From Thermoproteota archaeon (lineage in GTDB: Archaea; Thermoproteota; Methanomethylicia; Methanomethylicales; Methanomethylicaceae): a stretch of 32,000 nt of DNA. Positions 15,281 to 24,781 of the stretch are shown in pieces (positions within the stretch are counted from its first letter, which is position 1; each line of letters begins with the position of its first letter). The stretch is from the NCBI GenBank assembly GCA_016882195.1, contig VGLU01000010.1, forward strand, positions 1 to 32,000, given 5' to 3'. A program made the translations under genes and the position numbers. Below the pieces are notes generated by a model. It ran no database searches, was not told where the DNA came from, and saw only the letters and a program-made list of their open reading frames with translations.

Positions 15281-16600
15281 ATGATCATTAGGACGCATTA
15301 CACCTCACAGATTACAAAAGACGATGCCGAGAAGGAGGTAACTGTTGCAGGATGGGTCCACAAGTTGAGGGACCTTGGCAACCTCAAGTTCATCGTTCTT
15401 AGGGACAGGGAGGGGCAGATCCAGGTAACGCTGAAGAAGGGGGTGACGGCGGCAGAACTCATCGAGCTGGCCAACACCCTTAGGGAGGAGGACGTGATCG
15501 CGGTCAAGGGGGCGGTCAAGCCCACAAAGATAGCCCCGAAGGGGAGGGAGATAGTCCCAACGAAGATCGACATCCTGAGCAAGATAGTGTCGAGCGTGCC
15601 CGTTTCGGTCTCAGGCAACATCGAGTCGAACCTGGACACGCGGCTTGACTTCAGGGTCCTGGACCTGAGGAGGCCGGAGGTCCTCGCGGTGTTCAAGATT
15701 CAGTCGAAGCTCGTTGAGGGGATGCAGGAGTACCTGAAGAGGGGCGGGTTCCAGCAGATCTTCACGCCGTGCCTCATGGGGGCGGCGTCGGAGAGCGGAT
15801 CAGAGGTATTTCCGGTGGTATACTTCAACAAGAGCGCCTTTCTGAGGCAGGATCCCCAGCTCCACAGGCAGCTTGCCGTGATCGGCGGCATGGACAGGAT
15901 CTACGACCTCGGACCAAGCTGGAGGGCGGAGCCGAGCCACACGCCGAGGCACCTCTGCGAGCACAGGGGTTGCGCGGTCGAGCTCGGGTTCATTACCGAC
16001 GAGTACGACGTAACTAGGGTCGAGGAGAAACTCGTTCAGGGCAGCGTGAGGAAGGTGAAGGAGGAGTGCGGGGAGGAGCTTGAAATCATCGGCAGAGAGG
16101 TCGAGGTCCCCAAGGCGCCCTTCCCTGAGGTAAGGTTCCCAGAGATATATGGCATCTTAAAGGAGTTCGGGAAGAAGATCCCGTTCGGAGAGGACTACGA
16201 CAGGGAGTCCGAGGCAATACTCGCCAAGTACGTGAAGGAGAGGCACAAGTCGGACTTCTTCTTCGTCAACAGGTTTCCCTTCAAGGCGAAGCCGTTCTAC
16301 GTGATGAGGGTTGACGAAGAGCCGCAGTGGGCCAGGAGCGTCGACCTGGTCTACAAGGGGCTTGAGATGAGCTCTGGTGGCCAGAGGGAGCACAGGTACG
16401 AGAAGATAATGGAGCAGGTGAAGGAGAAGGGGATGAGCTTTGTAAGCATGCAGTGGTTCACGGAGCCCTTCAAGTACGGGGCGCCCCCCCACGGTGGTTT
16501 CAACATCGGGATAGAGAGGCTAACTATGCAGCTCTTGGACGTTGAGAACATAAGGGAGACAACGCTCTTCCCGAGGACACCAGAGAGATTGCTGCCCTGA
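15281..16600 (+). CDS. aspS: Aspartyl-tRNA synthetase, archaeal type
   Basis: 439 aa. N-terminal OB anticodon-binding domain: VTVAGWVHKLRDLGNLKFIVLRDREGQIQV. Class II motifs: FRAEPSHTPRH-like SWRAEPSHTPRHL and GGFNIGIERL. Confidence 0.92.
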   Translation: MIIRTHYTSQITKDDAEKEVTVAGWVHKLRDLGNLKFIVLRDREGQIQVTLKKGVTAAELIELANTLREEDVIAVKGAVKPTKIAPKGREIVPTKIDILSKIVSSVPVSVSGNIESNLDTRLDFRVLDLRRPEVLAVFKIQSKLVEGMQEYLKRGGFQQIFTPCLMGAASESGSEVFPVVYFNKSAFLRQDPQLHRQLAVIGGMDRIYDLGPSWRAEPSHTPRHLCEHRGCAVELGFITDEYDVTRVEEKLVQGSVRKVKEECGEELEIIGREVEVPKAPFPEVRFPEIYGILKEFGKKIPFGEDYDRESEAILAKYVKERHKSDFFFVNRFPFKAKPFYVMRVDEEPQWARSVDLVYKGLEMSSGGQREHRYEKIMEQVKEKGMSFVSMQWFTEPFKYGAPPHGGFNIGIERLTMQLLDVENIRETTLFPRTPERLLP

Positions 16601-16617
16601 TCATCAAGTATCCTCGC

Positions 16618-17943
16618 CTAAAATCCGGCCGCCGAGGGGTCCACGGGTCGCATCAGCTCCCTGAGAAGGACGGTGGCGTAGCAGCCCTTCGGGAGAGAGA
16701 ATTTTATCACGGCCTTCATCCTGTCCTGGTTCAGTTCATCCGGCCCGTGCCCGATTACCTCATAATCCATGGGGCTAAATGTGGCAAACCGCAACGTCCC
16801 CATGAATGGCATCCCAAGCACTTGGGCAAAGTCTTCGAGCGAAATGTCTTCGACCTTCAAGATTTCGTCGTAGATATCACGATCAGTGCCGTTCAAGAGG
16901 GTCTCCCTCCCCACGACCCGTATCATCAGAACGGCTCTTCGGGCAGAGATCATGCGCTGTAATTTCTCGATGTTTGATCTGTCGGACCTTATGGGCCTAG
17001 ACGGCGAGCCCCAGCTGTCCAACGGCGCAACGTAGTCGCCCTCCCCCGCCTCGAAGAGGCCGTGCAGCTCCCACCGTTTTGAGAGGGCCAGGTTGAATAG
17101 GTAGGACTGGTAGGAGTTCACGAAGAGGCGTAACAGGGCCTTGGGGAGCGCCCCGAACGCGCCCTCGTAGTCCCCGGGTGTTGCCAGCATCCTCTTGATC
17201 ATGTTCCGTTCGTATGTCAGCGTGGTGGGGAAGTTTTGGTACGCCTTCCCCAGATCCCATGTCTCGTTGAGCGCAGATCTGGCCTGATGGATGGGCTCCG
17301 GTTCGCCACCGTAGGGCTCTGCCAGGAACTCACGGACGGCGCCCTCATAGTCCTTCCTGACGAGAAGCCGCCCTACCTTATGGGTGTTCGGCCTGGTGGT
17401 CCCGAACCGCTGGTGACCGAAGTAGCCTGGGAGCCAGTCCACGGGTAGTAAACTCTGCGGATCGAAGGCGTCTGGTTCAATGGACCTTATCGTGATCGTG
17501 AACCTATTTCCCCTCAGTTCGCCGGGCATCAGCGGCCAGCGGGATCTGCCGACCGGCTTGAGTTCGACATTTTTCATATTTAGCGGCAGATCGTCGCTGA
17601 CTGACCTGTCTATGGAAATCAACTGGTAGGTAACAGCCCGCCTGTCCTTTATTCCAGCAAAGCCCACCTTCGCGCCCAGTTTCTTGCTCAGCAGTGAGGT
17701 CGTTGGCATGAGGTCCCTAGAGGTCTTCTTCAGAACCGCCAGTGTGTGCTTCCCTTCTCCTCTGTCAAGCCTCTGGAGATCGAGGTTTGCGATGAGTCCT
17801 TCCTGGGTTATCTCCTCGACCACGAAGTCTTCGGGACGCTGCCTGAGAACCCCACCTATTCCCTTCCGCCCGGTGGAGTAGTAGGTCATTCCCAGCTCCT
17901 CCTCGAGAGGGGAGCAGGTTCTGAGAAGCACCATACTGATCAC
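16618..17943 (-). CDS. truD: tRNA pseudouridine(13) synthase TruD
   Basis: 441 aa. The N-terminus is GIGGVLRQRPEDFVVEEI and the catalytic motif is GFAGIKDRRAVTYQ, both characteristic of TruD/Pus7. Confidence 0.85.
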   Translation of the reverse strand: MISMVLLRTCSPLEEELGMTYYSTGRKGIGGVLRQRPEDFVVEEITQEGLIANLDLQRLDRGEGKHTLAVLKKTSRDLMPTTSLLSKKLGAKVGFAGIKDRRAVTYQLISIDRSVSDDLPLNMKNVELKPVGRSRWPLMPGELRGNRFTITIRSIEPDAFDPQSLLPVDWLPGYFGHQRFGTTRPNTHKVGRLLVRKDYEGAVREFLAEPYGGEPEPIHQARSALNETWDLGKAYQNFPTTLTYERNMIKRMLATPGDYEGAFGALPKALLRLFVNSYQSYLFNLALSKRWELHGLFEAGEGDYVAPLDSWGSPSRPIRSDRSNIEKLQRMISARRAVLMIRVVGRETLLNGTDRDIYDEILKVEDISLEDFAQVLGMPFMGTLRFATFSPMDYEVIGHGPDELNQDRMKAVIKFSLPKGCYATVLLRELMRPVDPSAAGF

Positions 17944-17949
17944 GTTACT

Positions 17950-18309
17950 TCAGACGAGTTTGAGGCCGCCTGTGACCTTATCGATCAGAGCATTCGGGGC
18001 AGGCCCTATGCCCAAGCAGGTCACGGTCCCGGGCTCCAATTCGGTCAGTCCGGCGTCCGAGATGATCGCGTTGGGGATATGCTCGACGTCGACCCTCTTC
18101 TTTATCTCGAGAAGATCCTCCAAGGATTTTACCTTCAACACGACCTTCTTCTGCCCCTCTTTGAGCCACGTCACCCCCCACTCTGGTCTTTTATCGGCCA
18201 CGGTTATGAATGAGGAGACGGCGGCGTGGGCCACTTGGGCGGCTGTCTTTCCCCTGCTCATCTTGAGGTCCTGCCGGACGACCACCGCCTGCTTGTAATG
18301 GAAGATCAT
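17950..18309 (-). CDS. pth2: Peptidyl-tRNA hydrolase, archaeal Pth2 type
   Basis: 119 aa from ATG 18309: KQAVVVRQDLKMSRGKTAAQVAHAAV...DAGLTELEPGTVTCLGIGP. The longer track ORF (to 18567) overlaps the divergent GGR gene and adds a low-complexity extension. Confidence 0.88.
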   Translation of the reverse strand: MIFHYKQAVVVRQDLKMSRGKTAAQVAHAAVSSFITVADKRPEWGVTWLKEGQKKVVLKVKSLEDLLEIKKRVDVEHIPNAIISDAGLTELEPGTVTCLGIGPAPNALIDKVTGGLKLV

Positions 18310-18337
18310 AGCACAACACGAGTTTTTAAGAACGAGG

Positions 18338-19468
18338 ATGATAAAAAAGGTATCGAGGAACGAAGACTTGCACGACGTCTTAATCGTGGGCGGCGGGCCT
18401 GCGGGGCTGATAGCAGCTACAGAGGCCGTGCGTGCCGGGGCAAAGGCTCTTGTGGTGGAGGAGGACCCAGAGATAGGCAGTCCAGACCACTGCGCGGGGT
18501 TAGTAAGCAAGGAGGGGCTTGAGAAGATCATAGAGCCGACCCCTGCGTTCGTATTAAGCCGGATCAATAGGGCAAGGATCTATGCACCTTCAGGCAAGAT
18601 GTATGAGGGAAAGACGGAGGGCGTTAAGGCACTCGTAATAGACAGGACGAGGTTCGATAAGGAGCTGCTAAGGAGGGCGGAGGCGAACGGCGTGGAGGTG
18701 GTCACCAACCAGCCATACAAGCCGGAGCTCAGATGCAAGGTCTTGATAAACGCAGAGGGTACAAAGGGCAGGCTGGCCAAGAGGCTGAATCTCAGTATCC
18801 CGAGATCAATACCCGCAGCGCAGCTCGACATCGAGGTGAAGGACTTCGAGAGGGATGTCGTGGAACTGCATACGGGGGAGTGGGCGCCCGGCTTCTTTGC
18901 GTGGGTGGTCCCGAGGGGGGATCACGTCAGGGTTGGGCTGGCCTCCTACGAGGGAGTTCCGCTGGAGCTTTTGAAGAGGATGCTGGAGAAGAACAGGAAC
19001 TTCGAGAGGATGAAGGGCGCAAGGGTTCTTAGGACCATCGCAGGCAAGGTCGTAGTCGGAGGACCCTTGAGGCATACCGTACGCGGAAATGCCATCGCTG
19101 TTGGGGACGCCGGCGGATTCGCAAAGCCCACGACAGGGGGCGGCGTCGTATTGGGAGGGCTAACCGCGAAGCTGGCAGGGAGGGCTGCAACAGAGGCGGT
19201 CCTCAGGGGCGGGACGCTGGAGAGATTCGACGTGGAGTGGAGGGCGCTCTACGGCAGGGAGTTCCAGACCATGAGGCTGGCGGCGAGAATCTTCAGGAAT
19301 ATGAGGGAGGGGGAACTTGAGCGTGCACTGCGGATATCGAGCGAGGAGGGGGTCCTGGGCCTACTGACGGGTTACGATATGGACCTCCAGGGGGCGGCGG
19401 TCGGCAGGGTTCTCAGGTCAAGGCTGATCAGATGCGCAGTCCTGCCGTTTCTGAGATCATTATTCTGA
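18338..19468 (+). CDS. Geranylgeranyl reductase family FAD-dependent oxidoreductase
   Basis: 376 aa. The Rossmann motif is DVLIVGGGPAGLIAA, the second FAD motif is AVGDAGGFAKPTTGGG, and the length is typical for archaeal GGR-family proteins. Confidence 0.8.
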   Translation: MIKKVSRNEDLHDVLIVGGGPAGLIAATEAVRAGAKALVVEEDPEIGSPDHCAGLVSKEGLEKIIEPTPAFVLSRINRARIYAPSGKMYEGKTEGVKALVIDRTRFDKELLRRAEANGVEVVTNQPYKPELRCKVLINAEGTKGRLAKRLNLSIPRSIPAAQLDIEVKDFERDVVELHTGEWAPGFFAWVVPRGDHVRVGLASYEGVPLELLKRMLEKNRNFERMKGARVLRTIAGKVVVGGPLRHTVRGNAIAVGDAGGFAKPTTGGGVVLGGLTAKLAGRAATEAVLRGGTLERFDVEWRALYGREFQTMRLAARIFRNMREGELERALRISSEEGVLGLLTGYDMDLQGAAVGRVLRSRLIRCAVLPFLRSLF

Positions 19469-19546
19469 GCGCCCTATCCCGTTGAGCCGACAATAATAAT
19501 TTATATATAGGCAACAGTCTTTACCATCTCACTTTGGTGATGATGG

Positions 19547-19723
19547 ATGAGCGAGTTGGCATTACCGGTCTGCGTCTCCTGCAAGGAGCCAATCCTCCCG
19601 GAGCAGAAGGGGGTAAAGCTGCCCTGTCCGAGCTGCGGGGAGGTCGTCTTCTGGCGGTGCAGAAAGTGCAGGGATCTCGTCAACGGCTATAAGTGCCCGA
19701 AGTGCGGATTCCAGGGTCCATAG
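19547..19723 (+). CDS. Small zinc-ribbon protein (58 aa), not in the supplied ORF track; archaeal Zn-ribbon family commonly found next to aEF-1beta
   Basis: My translation: MSELALPVCVSCKEPILPEQKGVKLPCPSCGEVVFWRCRKCRDLVNGYKCPKCGFQGP, with four CxxC pairs. GGTGAT lies 5 nt upstream of the ATG. The stop is 13 nt before the aEF-1beta ATG. Confidence 0.75.
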   Translation: MSELALPVCVSCKEPILPEQKGVKLPCPSCGEVVFWRCRKCRDLVNGYKCPKCGFQGP

Positions 19724-19736
19724 AGGAGGCTTGCGA

Positions 19737-20021
19737 ATGTCAAGGCTTTTAGCCATAATAAAGATCTTGCCTGAGGATGACTCAGTTAACCTGGATTCGG
19801 TGAAACAGGGTCTGAGAGAAGCCCTTCCAAAGGACAACAAGGACCTTTTCATCCATAAGTTCGAGGATGAGGAGATAGCATTCGGGCTCAAGGCGGTCAA
19901 GGTCTACGTCATCATGCCAGGGGTCTATGAGGGCGGCACACAGCCGGTTGAGGACGCCTTCAGCAAGGTGAGGGGCGTAAGCCAGGTGGATGTGGAGGTC
20001 GTTCAGACCCTACCCGGCTAA
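19737..20021 (+). CDS. ef1b: Elongation factor 1-beta (aEF-1beta)
   Basis: MSRLLAIIKILPEDDSVNLDSVKQGL...EEIAFGLKAVKVYVIMP...VEVVQ matches the aEF-1beta guanine-exchange fold pattern. GGAGG lies 7 nt upstream of ATG 19737. Confidence 0.85.
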   Translation: MSRLLAIIKILPEDDSVNLDSVKQGLREALPKDNKDLFIHKFEDEEIAFGLKAVKVYVIMPGVYEGGTQPVEDAFSKVRGVSQVDVEVVQTLPG

Positions 20022-20028
20022 TTTTTTT
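20022..20028 (+). terminator. oligo-T terminator candidate after aEF-1beta
   Basis: A T7 run follows the TAA stop (20019-20021) directly. Confidence 0.4.
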
Positions 20029-20100
20029 GAGGATTCATGAAAAGAGATTTATTGTGAATTGCCAAAGCCTTACATAGACCTCAGTAATTATTAGTGATGG

Positions 20101-22299
20101 GTGTGGCATTTGGAAGGAAAGGGCACCAACGATCTGGTATTGAGGGTAGCAGAGTCAAAGCAGAGAGATGTTGGAAGAGGCAAGGTTAGGATAGACGCAG
20201 ACGCCATGAAGGCTGTGGGCGTCAGCGTGGGCGACATCATCGAGATCGAGGGCAAGAGGAAGACCGCCGCCATAGTCTGGCCGGCGTACACCGAGGATCA
20301 AGGGATGGACATTATCAGGATGGACGGCCTGATAAGGAAGAACGCCAGCGTCGGCATAGGGGAGAGGGTCACCATAAGGAAGGCGGAGGCAAAGGTGGCC
20401 ACCCTCGTCAAGCTCGCGCCGCTGTCCTTCACCATCACCGTGGACTCGGGGTTCGTGAGCTTCGTCAAGAGGAGGCTCGCCGACACTCCGCTGGTGGAGG
20501 GCGACAACGTGCTCATCCCGGTTCTGGGACAGGCCATACCCTTCTCGGTGGTCTCCACCAAGCCTGCGGGCATAGTGATGGCGACCGAGGAGAGCAGCCT
20601 GACGATACTGGAGAAGCCGGCCGAGGCCGCCAAGGTTCCGAGGGTGACCTACGAGGACATCGGAGGGCTGGAGGAGCCCATAAGGAAGGTTAGGGAGATG
20701 GTGGAGCTCCCGCTGAAGCACCCGGAGCTCTTCAAGAGGCTGGGCATAGACCCGCCCAAGGGCGTTCTCCTTTATGGGCCGCCGGGGTGCGGGAAGACGC
20801 TGCTGGCGAAGGTGGTGGCCAACGAGACCGAGGCATACTTCATAGCCATAAATGGGCCCGAGGTCATGAGCAAGTTCTACGGCGAGTCCGAGCAGAAGCT
20901 GAGGGAGTTCTTCGAGGAGGGGAAGCAGCACGCGCCGGCGATAATATTCATAGACGAGCTCGACGCCATCGCCCCCAAGAGGGAGGAGGTCACAGGTGAG
21001 GTGGAGAAGAGGGTCGTGGCGCAGCTCCTTGCGCTCATGGACGGGCTGGAGGCGCGCGGCGATGTGATAGTGATAGGGGCGACGAACAGGCAGAACGCCC
21101 TTGATCCAGCGCTGAGGAGGCCGGGGAGGTTCGACAGGGAGATTGAGATAGGCGTCCCATCCGCAACTGAGAGGTACGAGGTATTCCAGGTGCACACCAG
21201 GAACATGCCGCTCTCCAAGGATGTTGATCTGAAGCGCATAGCGAGCCTGACGCACGGCTTCGTGGGGGCGGACATCGCGGCGCTCTGCAGGGAGGCTGCC
21301 ATGAAGTCGCTGAGGAGGTACCTCCCCGAGATCGATATACAGCAGGAGAGGATCCCTCCGGAGATAGTGGAGAAGCTCGAGATAAGGATGGGGGACTTCG
21401 AGGCGGCCTACAAGGAGATCACGCCCACCGAGCTGAGGGAGGTGTACGTGGAGGTGCCCACGGTGAGGTGGGAGGACATCGGCGGGCTGGAGGAGGTCAA
21501 GCAGGAGCTGATAGAGGCGATAGAGTGGCCGCTGAAGTACCCCGAGAGGTTCAAGAGGGTAGGGATAAAGCCGCCAAAGGGGATCCTTCTCTTCGGGCCG
21601 CCGGGGTGCGGGAAGACGCTGCTGGCGAAGGCCGTGGCGAGCGAGAGCGAGGCCAATTTCATCACGGTCAAGGGACCCGAAATATTCAGCAAGTGGGTGG
21701 GCGAGTCCGAGAAGGCCATCAGGGAGGTCTTCAGGAGGGCAAGGACCGCGGCTCCAGCCATCATCTTCTTCGACGAGATCGACTCCATTGCGCCGCTGAG
21801 GTGGGCGGGGCAGGGCGATTCCATGGTAACCGAGAGGGTCATCAGCCAGCTGCTCACTGAGCTGGACGGGCTTGTGGGGCTGGAGAATGTGGTCATAGTC
21901 GGGGCAACCAACAGGCCGGACATAATAGACCTGGCGCTCCTGAGACCTGGGAGGTTCGACAGGCTCCTTTACGTGCCAGAGCCAGACAATGAGACCAGAA
22001 TGCAGATCTTCAGGATACACACCAAGGGGATGCCGCTGAAGGAGGTGAACTTAGAGAGGCTGACGGCCGCGACAAGGGGCTTTGCCGGATCGGATATAGA
22101 GGCCATATGCAGGGAGGCGGGCCTCATAGCCCTGAGGGATGACCCGAATGCAAAAGAGGTAACCATGCACCATTTCGAGAAGGCCATGAAGAAGGTCAGA
22201 CCTTCCATAACCGAGGGCATGGAGAAGTTCTACAAGACCTGGGAGGAGAGGAGCAGGCAGACCCTGGGCGGGAAGCAGCCGCTGATTAACTTCGCTTAG
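20101..22299 (+). CDS. cdc48: CDC48/VCP-like AAA+ ATPase (two AAA domains plus N-domain)
   Basis: 732 aa. N-domain: [38 protein letters not shown]. There are two Walker A motifs (GPPGCGKT, twice) and two Walker B motifs ([16 protein letters not shown]). Confidence 0.95.
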   Translation: MWHLEGKGTNDLVLRVAESKQRDVGRGKVRIDADAMKAVGVSVGDIIEIEGKRKTAAIVWPAYTEDQGMDIIRMDGLIRKNASVGIGERVTIRKAEAKVATLVKLAPLSFTITVDSGFVSFVKRRLADTPLVEGDNVLIPVLGQAIPFSVVSTKPAGIVMATEESSLTILEKPAEAAKVPRVTYEDIGGLEEPIRKVREMVELPLKHPELFKRLGIDPPKGVLLYGPPGCGKTLLAKVVANETEAYFIAINGPEVMSKFYGESEQKLREFFEEGKQHAPAIIFIDELDAIAPKREEVTGEVEKRVVAQLLALMDGLEARGDVIVIGATNRQNALDPALRRPGRFDREIEIGVPSATERYEVFQVHTRNMPLSKDVDLKRIASLTHGFVGADIAALCREAAMKSLRRYLPEIDIQQERIPPEIVEKLEIRMGDFEAAYKEITPTELREVYVEVPTVRWEDIGGLEEVKQELIEAIEWPLKYPERFKRVGIKPPKGILLFGPPGCGKTLLAKAVASESEANFITVKGPEIFSKWVGESEKAIREVFRRARTAAPAIIFFDEIDSIAPLRWAGQGDSMVTERVISQLLTELDGLVGLENVVIVGATNRPDIIDLALLRPGRFDRLLYVPEPDNETRMQIFRIHTKGMPLKEVNLERLTAATRGFAGSDIEAICREAGLIALRDDPNAKEVTMHHFEKAMKKVRPSITEGMEKFYKTWEERSRQTLGGKQPLINFA

Positions 22300-22310
22300 A
22301 GGTGAGACGT

Positions 22311-22568
22311 ATGGAGGTAGAGGAGGGCGCGGGGTGGAGGACGGAGTCGCTGGACCTTATAATACTCGACCTTCTTCATAAGAGGGAGGGGACCATAAAG
22401 GACAACGAACTGCTGGAGATGCTCAAGGCGATGCTGAGGGACTTCTCCACGGCCGATCTAAACAAGATCCTTATGAACCTGGAGCTGAGGGGGAAGATCA
22501 ATGTGGCAACGCAGAAGAAGGGAAAGGTCATAACCTTGCCGAAGCCCAGGCAGGGAGGACAGAGCTAG
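22311..22568 (+). CDS. Small hypothetical protein, winged-helix-like, packed between cdc48 and fen1
   Basis: 85 aa from ATG 22311, with AGGTGA 5 nt upstream. The sequence LIILDLLHKREGTIKDNELLEMLK...LNKILMNLELRGKINV suggests a wH fold. I recognise no family. Confidence 0.55.
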   Translation: MEVEEGAGWRTESLDLIILDLLHKREGTIKDNELLEMLKAMLRDFSTADLNKILMNLELRGKINVATQKKGKVITLPKPRQGGQS

Positions 22569-22571
22569 GGT

Positions 22572-23606
22572 ATGGGAGTGAACCTGAGAGATCTTGTTAC
22601 TCCCGTTGCTGTATCCCTCGAGGAACTCAAGGGCAAGGTAGTTGCCATAGACGGCTACAATGCATTATACCAGTTTCTGGCGATTATAAGGCAGCCCGAC
22701 GGCACGCCGCTGAAGGACTCCAGAGGCAGGATAACCAGCCACCTGAGCGGGATCTTCTATAGGACGGCTAACCTGCTGGAGGCCGGCGTGAAGCCGGTCT
22801 ACGTCTTTGACGGCAAGCCGCCTGAGCTCAAGACAAAGGAGATAGAGAAGAGGATCGAGGTAAAGGAGAGGGCGGCGGTGGAATACAAGGCCGCCCTTGA
22901 GAGGGGGGACATGGTGGCGGCGAGGAAGGCGGCGCAGGCTACCTCCAAGCTCACAGGAGAGATGGTTGGCCAGGCGAAGGACGTTCTGGTAGCCTTGGGA
23001 GTCCCGTGGATTCAGGCCCCGTCTGAGGGGGAGGCGCAGGCGACGTTCATGACCAAGAAGGGGGACGCCTGGGCAACGGTCAGCCAGGACTACGACTCGC
23101 TTCTCTTCGGGGCGCCGAGGCTTATCAGGAACCTAACGATATCGGGCAGGAGGAAGCTACCAAACAAGCCTGTCTACATAGACATAGAGCCGGAGATCGT
23201 CAGGCTCGAGGATGTTTTGCTAGAACTAAAGATCACGAGGGATCAGCTCATAGATATCGGGATACTCCTCGGGACGGACTTCAACCCCGACGGGTTCAAG
23301 GGGATAGGTCCCAAGAAGGCGCTCAAGGCGATAGAGGAGTTCGGTTCGCTGAAGGCTGCCTTGGAGCAGAAGAAGGTGGAGGCCGACCCTACGCTCGATG
23401 TGGAGGCCATAAGGGACATCTTCCTGAACCCGAAGACCACAGACGACTACCGCCTGGAGTGGGGGGGCATTAACGGAAACGCTGTGAAGGAGATACTCTG
23501 CGGCTCTTTCGACTTCTCCCCTGAGAGGATCGAGGCGGCGCTCCACCGGATAGAGAAGGAGACCAAGGAGCTGAAGAAGCAGTCGAGCCTCGAGAAGTGG
23601 TTCTGA
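22572..23606 (+). CDS. fen: Flap endonuclease 1
   Basis: 344 aa. MGVNLRDLV...VAIDGYNALYQFL...GKPPELK...SEGEAQ...SQDYDSLLFG are canonical FEN1 N and I domains. The C-terminus has a PIP-like motif QSSLEKWF. Confidence 0.95.
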   Translation: MGVNLRDLVTPVAVSLEELKGKVVAIDGYNALYQFLAIIRQPDGTPLKDSRGRITSHLSGIFYRTANLLEAGVKPVYVFDGKPPELKTKEIEKRIEVKERAAVEYKAALERGDMVAARKAAQATSKLTGEMVGQAKDVLVALGVPWIQAPSEGEAQATFMTKKGDAWATVSQDYDSLLFGAPRLIRNLTISGRRKLPNKPVYIDIEPEIVRLEDVLLELKITRDQLIDIGILLGTDFNPDGFKGIGPKKALKAIEEFGSLKAALEQKKVEADPTLDVEAIRDIFLNPKTTDDYRLEWGGINGNAVKEILCGSFDFSPERIEAALHRIEKETKELKKQSSLEKWF

Positions 23607-23612
23607 CCGGAT

Positions 23613-24293
23613 CTACGGGGACCAGCCGTACTTACCGCAGAGCGGCACGAAGACGCAGCCGCCGTAGGTCCATTCCTTGAAGTTCTCACCCGTGCGCTCC
23701 ACCACAATCAGATCCTGTATGGAGTAGGCCTCGCCCACGGGTATGACCATGCGCCCGCCGTCCTTGAGCTGTATCTTGAGGGGCGGAGGTATCCTCGGGG
23801 CGGCTGCGGTCACAAGTATTCGGTCGAAGGGGGCCCTCTCGAGATATCCGAGGGTTCCGTCGCCCTCTATGATGGTGACCCGATCGGCATAGCCGCACCT
23901 CTGCAGGTTTCTGTTGGCAAAGTCCACTAGGGTCTTGAGCCTCTCGATGGCATAGACGTGACCGCGCCCATTCTCCGGGGCCTCCAAGGGAGCCACGATC
24001 TCCGCGCAGACCGCCGCGTGGTATCCGGTCCCAGCGCCGACCTCCAGCAGATTGTTACCCCGTTTGAGATCCAGCAGCTCGCACATCATCGCCACCATGT
24101 GAGGGGCAGAGATGGTCTGACCGTCAAGGGATGGAAGGGGGGAGTCCATGTAGGCATGATCCTTGAGCTCTGCCGGTACGAACTCCTCCCTCGGGACCTT
24201 CAGCATTGCGTTGATGACCTCGGGCCTCCTTAAAACGCCCTCCTCGATGAGCCTCTTGATGAGGCGCTCTCTCTTGTCGGCGAGGGACTCCAA
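23613..24293 (-). CDS. pcm: Protein-L-isoaspartate O-methyltransferase
   Basis: 226 aa. GQTISAPHMVAMMCELLDLKRGNNLLEVGAGTGYHAAV is the PIMT signature plus SAM motif I. Confidence 0.9.
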   Translation of the reverse strand: MESLADKRERLIKRLIEEGVLRRPEVINAMLKVPREEFVPAELKDHAYMDSPLPSLDGQTISAPHMVAMMCELLDLKRGNNLLEVGAGTGYHAAVCAEIVAPLEAPENGRGHVYAIERLKTLVDFANRNLQRCGYADRVTIIEGDGTLGYLERAPFDRILVTAAAPRIPPPLKIQLKDGGRMVIPVGEAYSIQDLIVVERTGENFKEWTYGGCVFVPLCGKYGWSP

Positions 24294-24349
24294 TAGAGGT
24301 CACTTCTAAAGGTTTATTTGAAGACGGTTCTAAAAAAGTCTTGGTTACT

Positions 24350-24775
24350 ATGGCGAGGTTTACCTTCTACGCGAGGGGCGACCCCCGCATAACCGCCCTA
24401 CACCCGACGACCCTAGAAGTTACGAGGGAGGAGGTAAAGTCGGGCTACGGAGACTGTATTGTTGCCACCTCGTCAGAGGTCGGTTTAAGGGAACTGCCGG
24501 AGGAGTTGAAGCGCGCGGCGAGGAGCGGGGGGGCAGAGATGGTTCTGATAATCGAGGCGGGGGGGCTCGTGGAGAGGGTCCGCGGAACAGGACACTCCTC
24601 CCTGACCTTTACAAATGAGAGCGAGATGGTGGTCAGAAAGAGCCGCTATGTCTGCGGACGGACGCTGATGATCAATTCGGACAAGGCGGCCATTGATCTG
24701 GATAGGGAGTTGGTGGAGCAACTAAAGAAACAGAGTACACGTGTCAAGATAACGCTGTTCGTGGGCGAGGAATAA
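24350..24775 (+). CDS. DUF371 domain-containing protein
   Basis: MARFTFYARGDPRITALHPTTLEVTRE... matches the archaeal DUF371 pattern (GHxNI.A.H.TT.E.T). I prefer the ATG at 24350 to the TTG at 24341. Confidence 0.65.
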   Translation: MARFTFYARGDPRITALHPTTLEVTREEVKSGYGDCIVATSSEVGLRELPEELKRAARSGGAEMVLIIEAGGLVERVRGTGHSSLTFTNESEMVVRKSRYVCGRTLMINSDKAAIDLDRELVEQLKKQSTRVKITLFVGEE

Positions 24776-24781
24776 TAGGAG

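Noticed and set aside
18310-18567. N-terminal 86-aa extension of the pth2 ORF (track call 17950..18567)
   Set aside because: The extension is Ser/Pro/Ala low-complexity and overlaps the divergent GGR gene. Pth2 homology begins exactly at the internal ATG 18309.
20155-22020. 621-aa ORF antisense to cdc48
   Set aside because: It lies entirely inside the confidently identified CDC48 gene on the opposite strand. The translation is low-complexity and Arg/Pro/Leu/His-rich with no motifs. This is typical of the shadow frame of a GAG/AAG/GGC-rich gene that lacks stop codons by chance.
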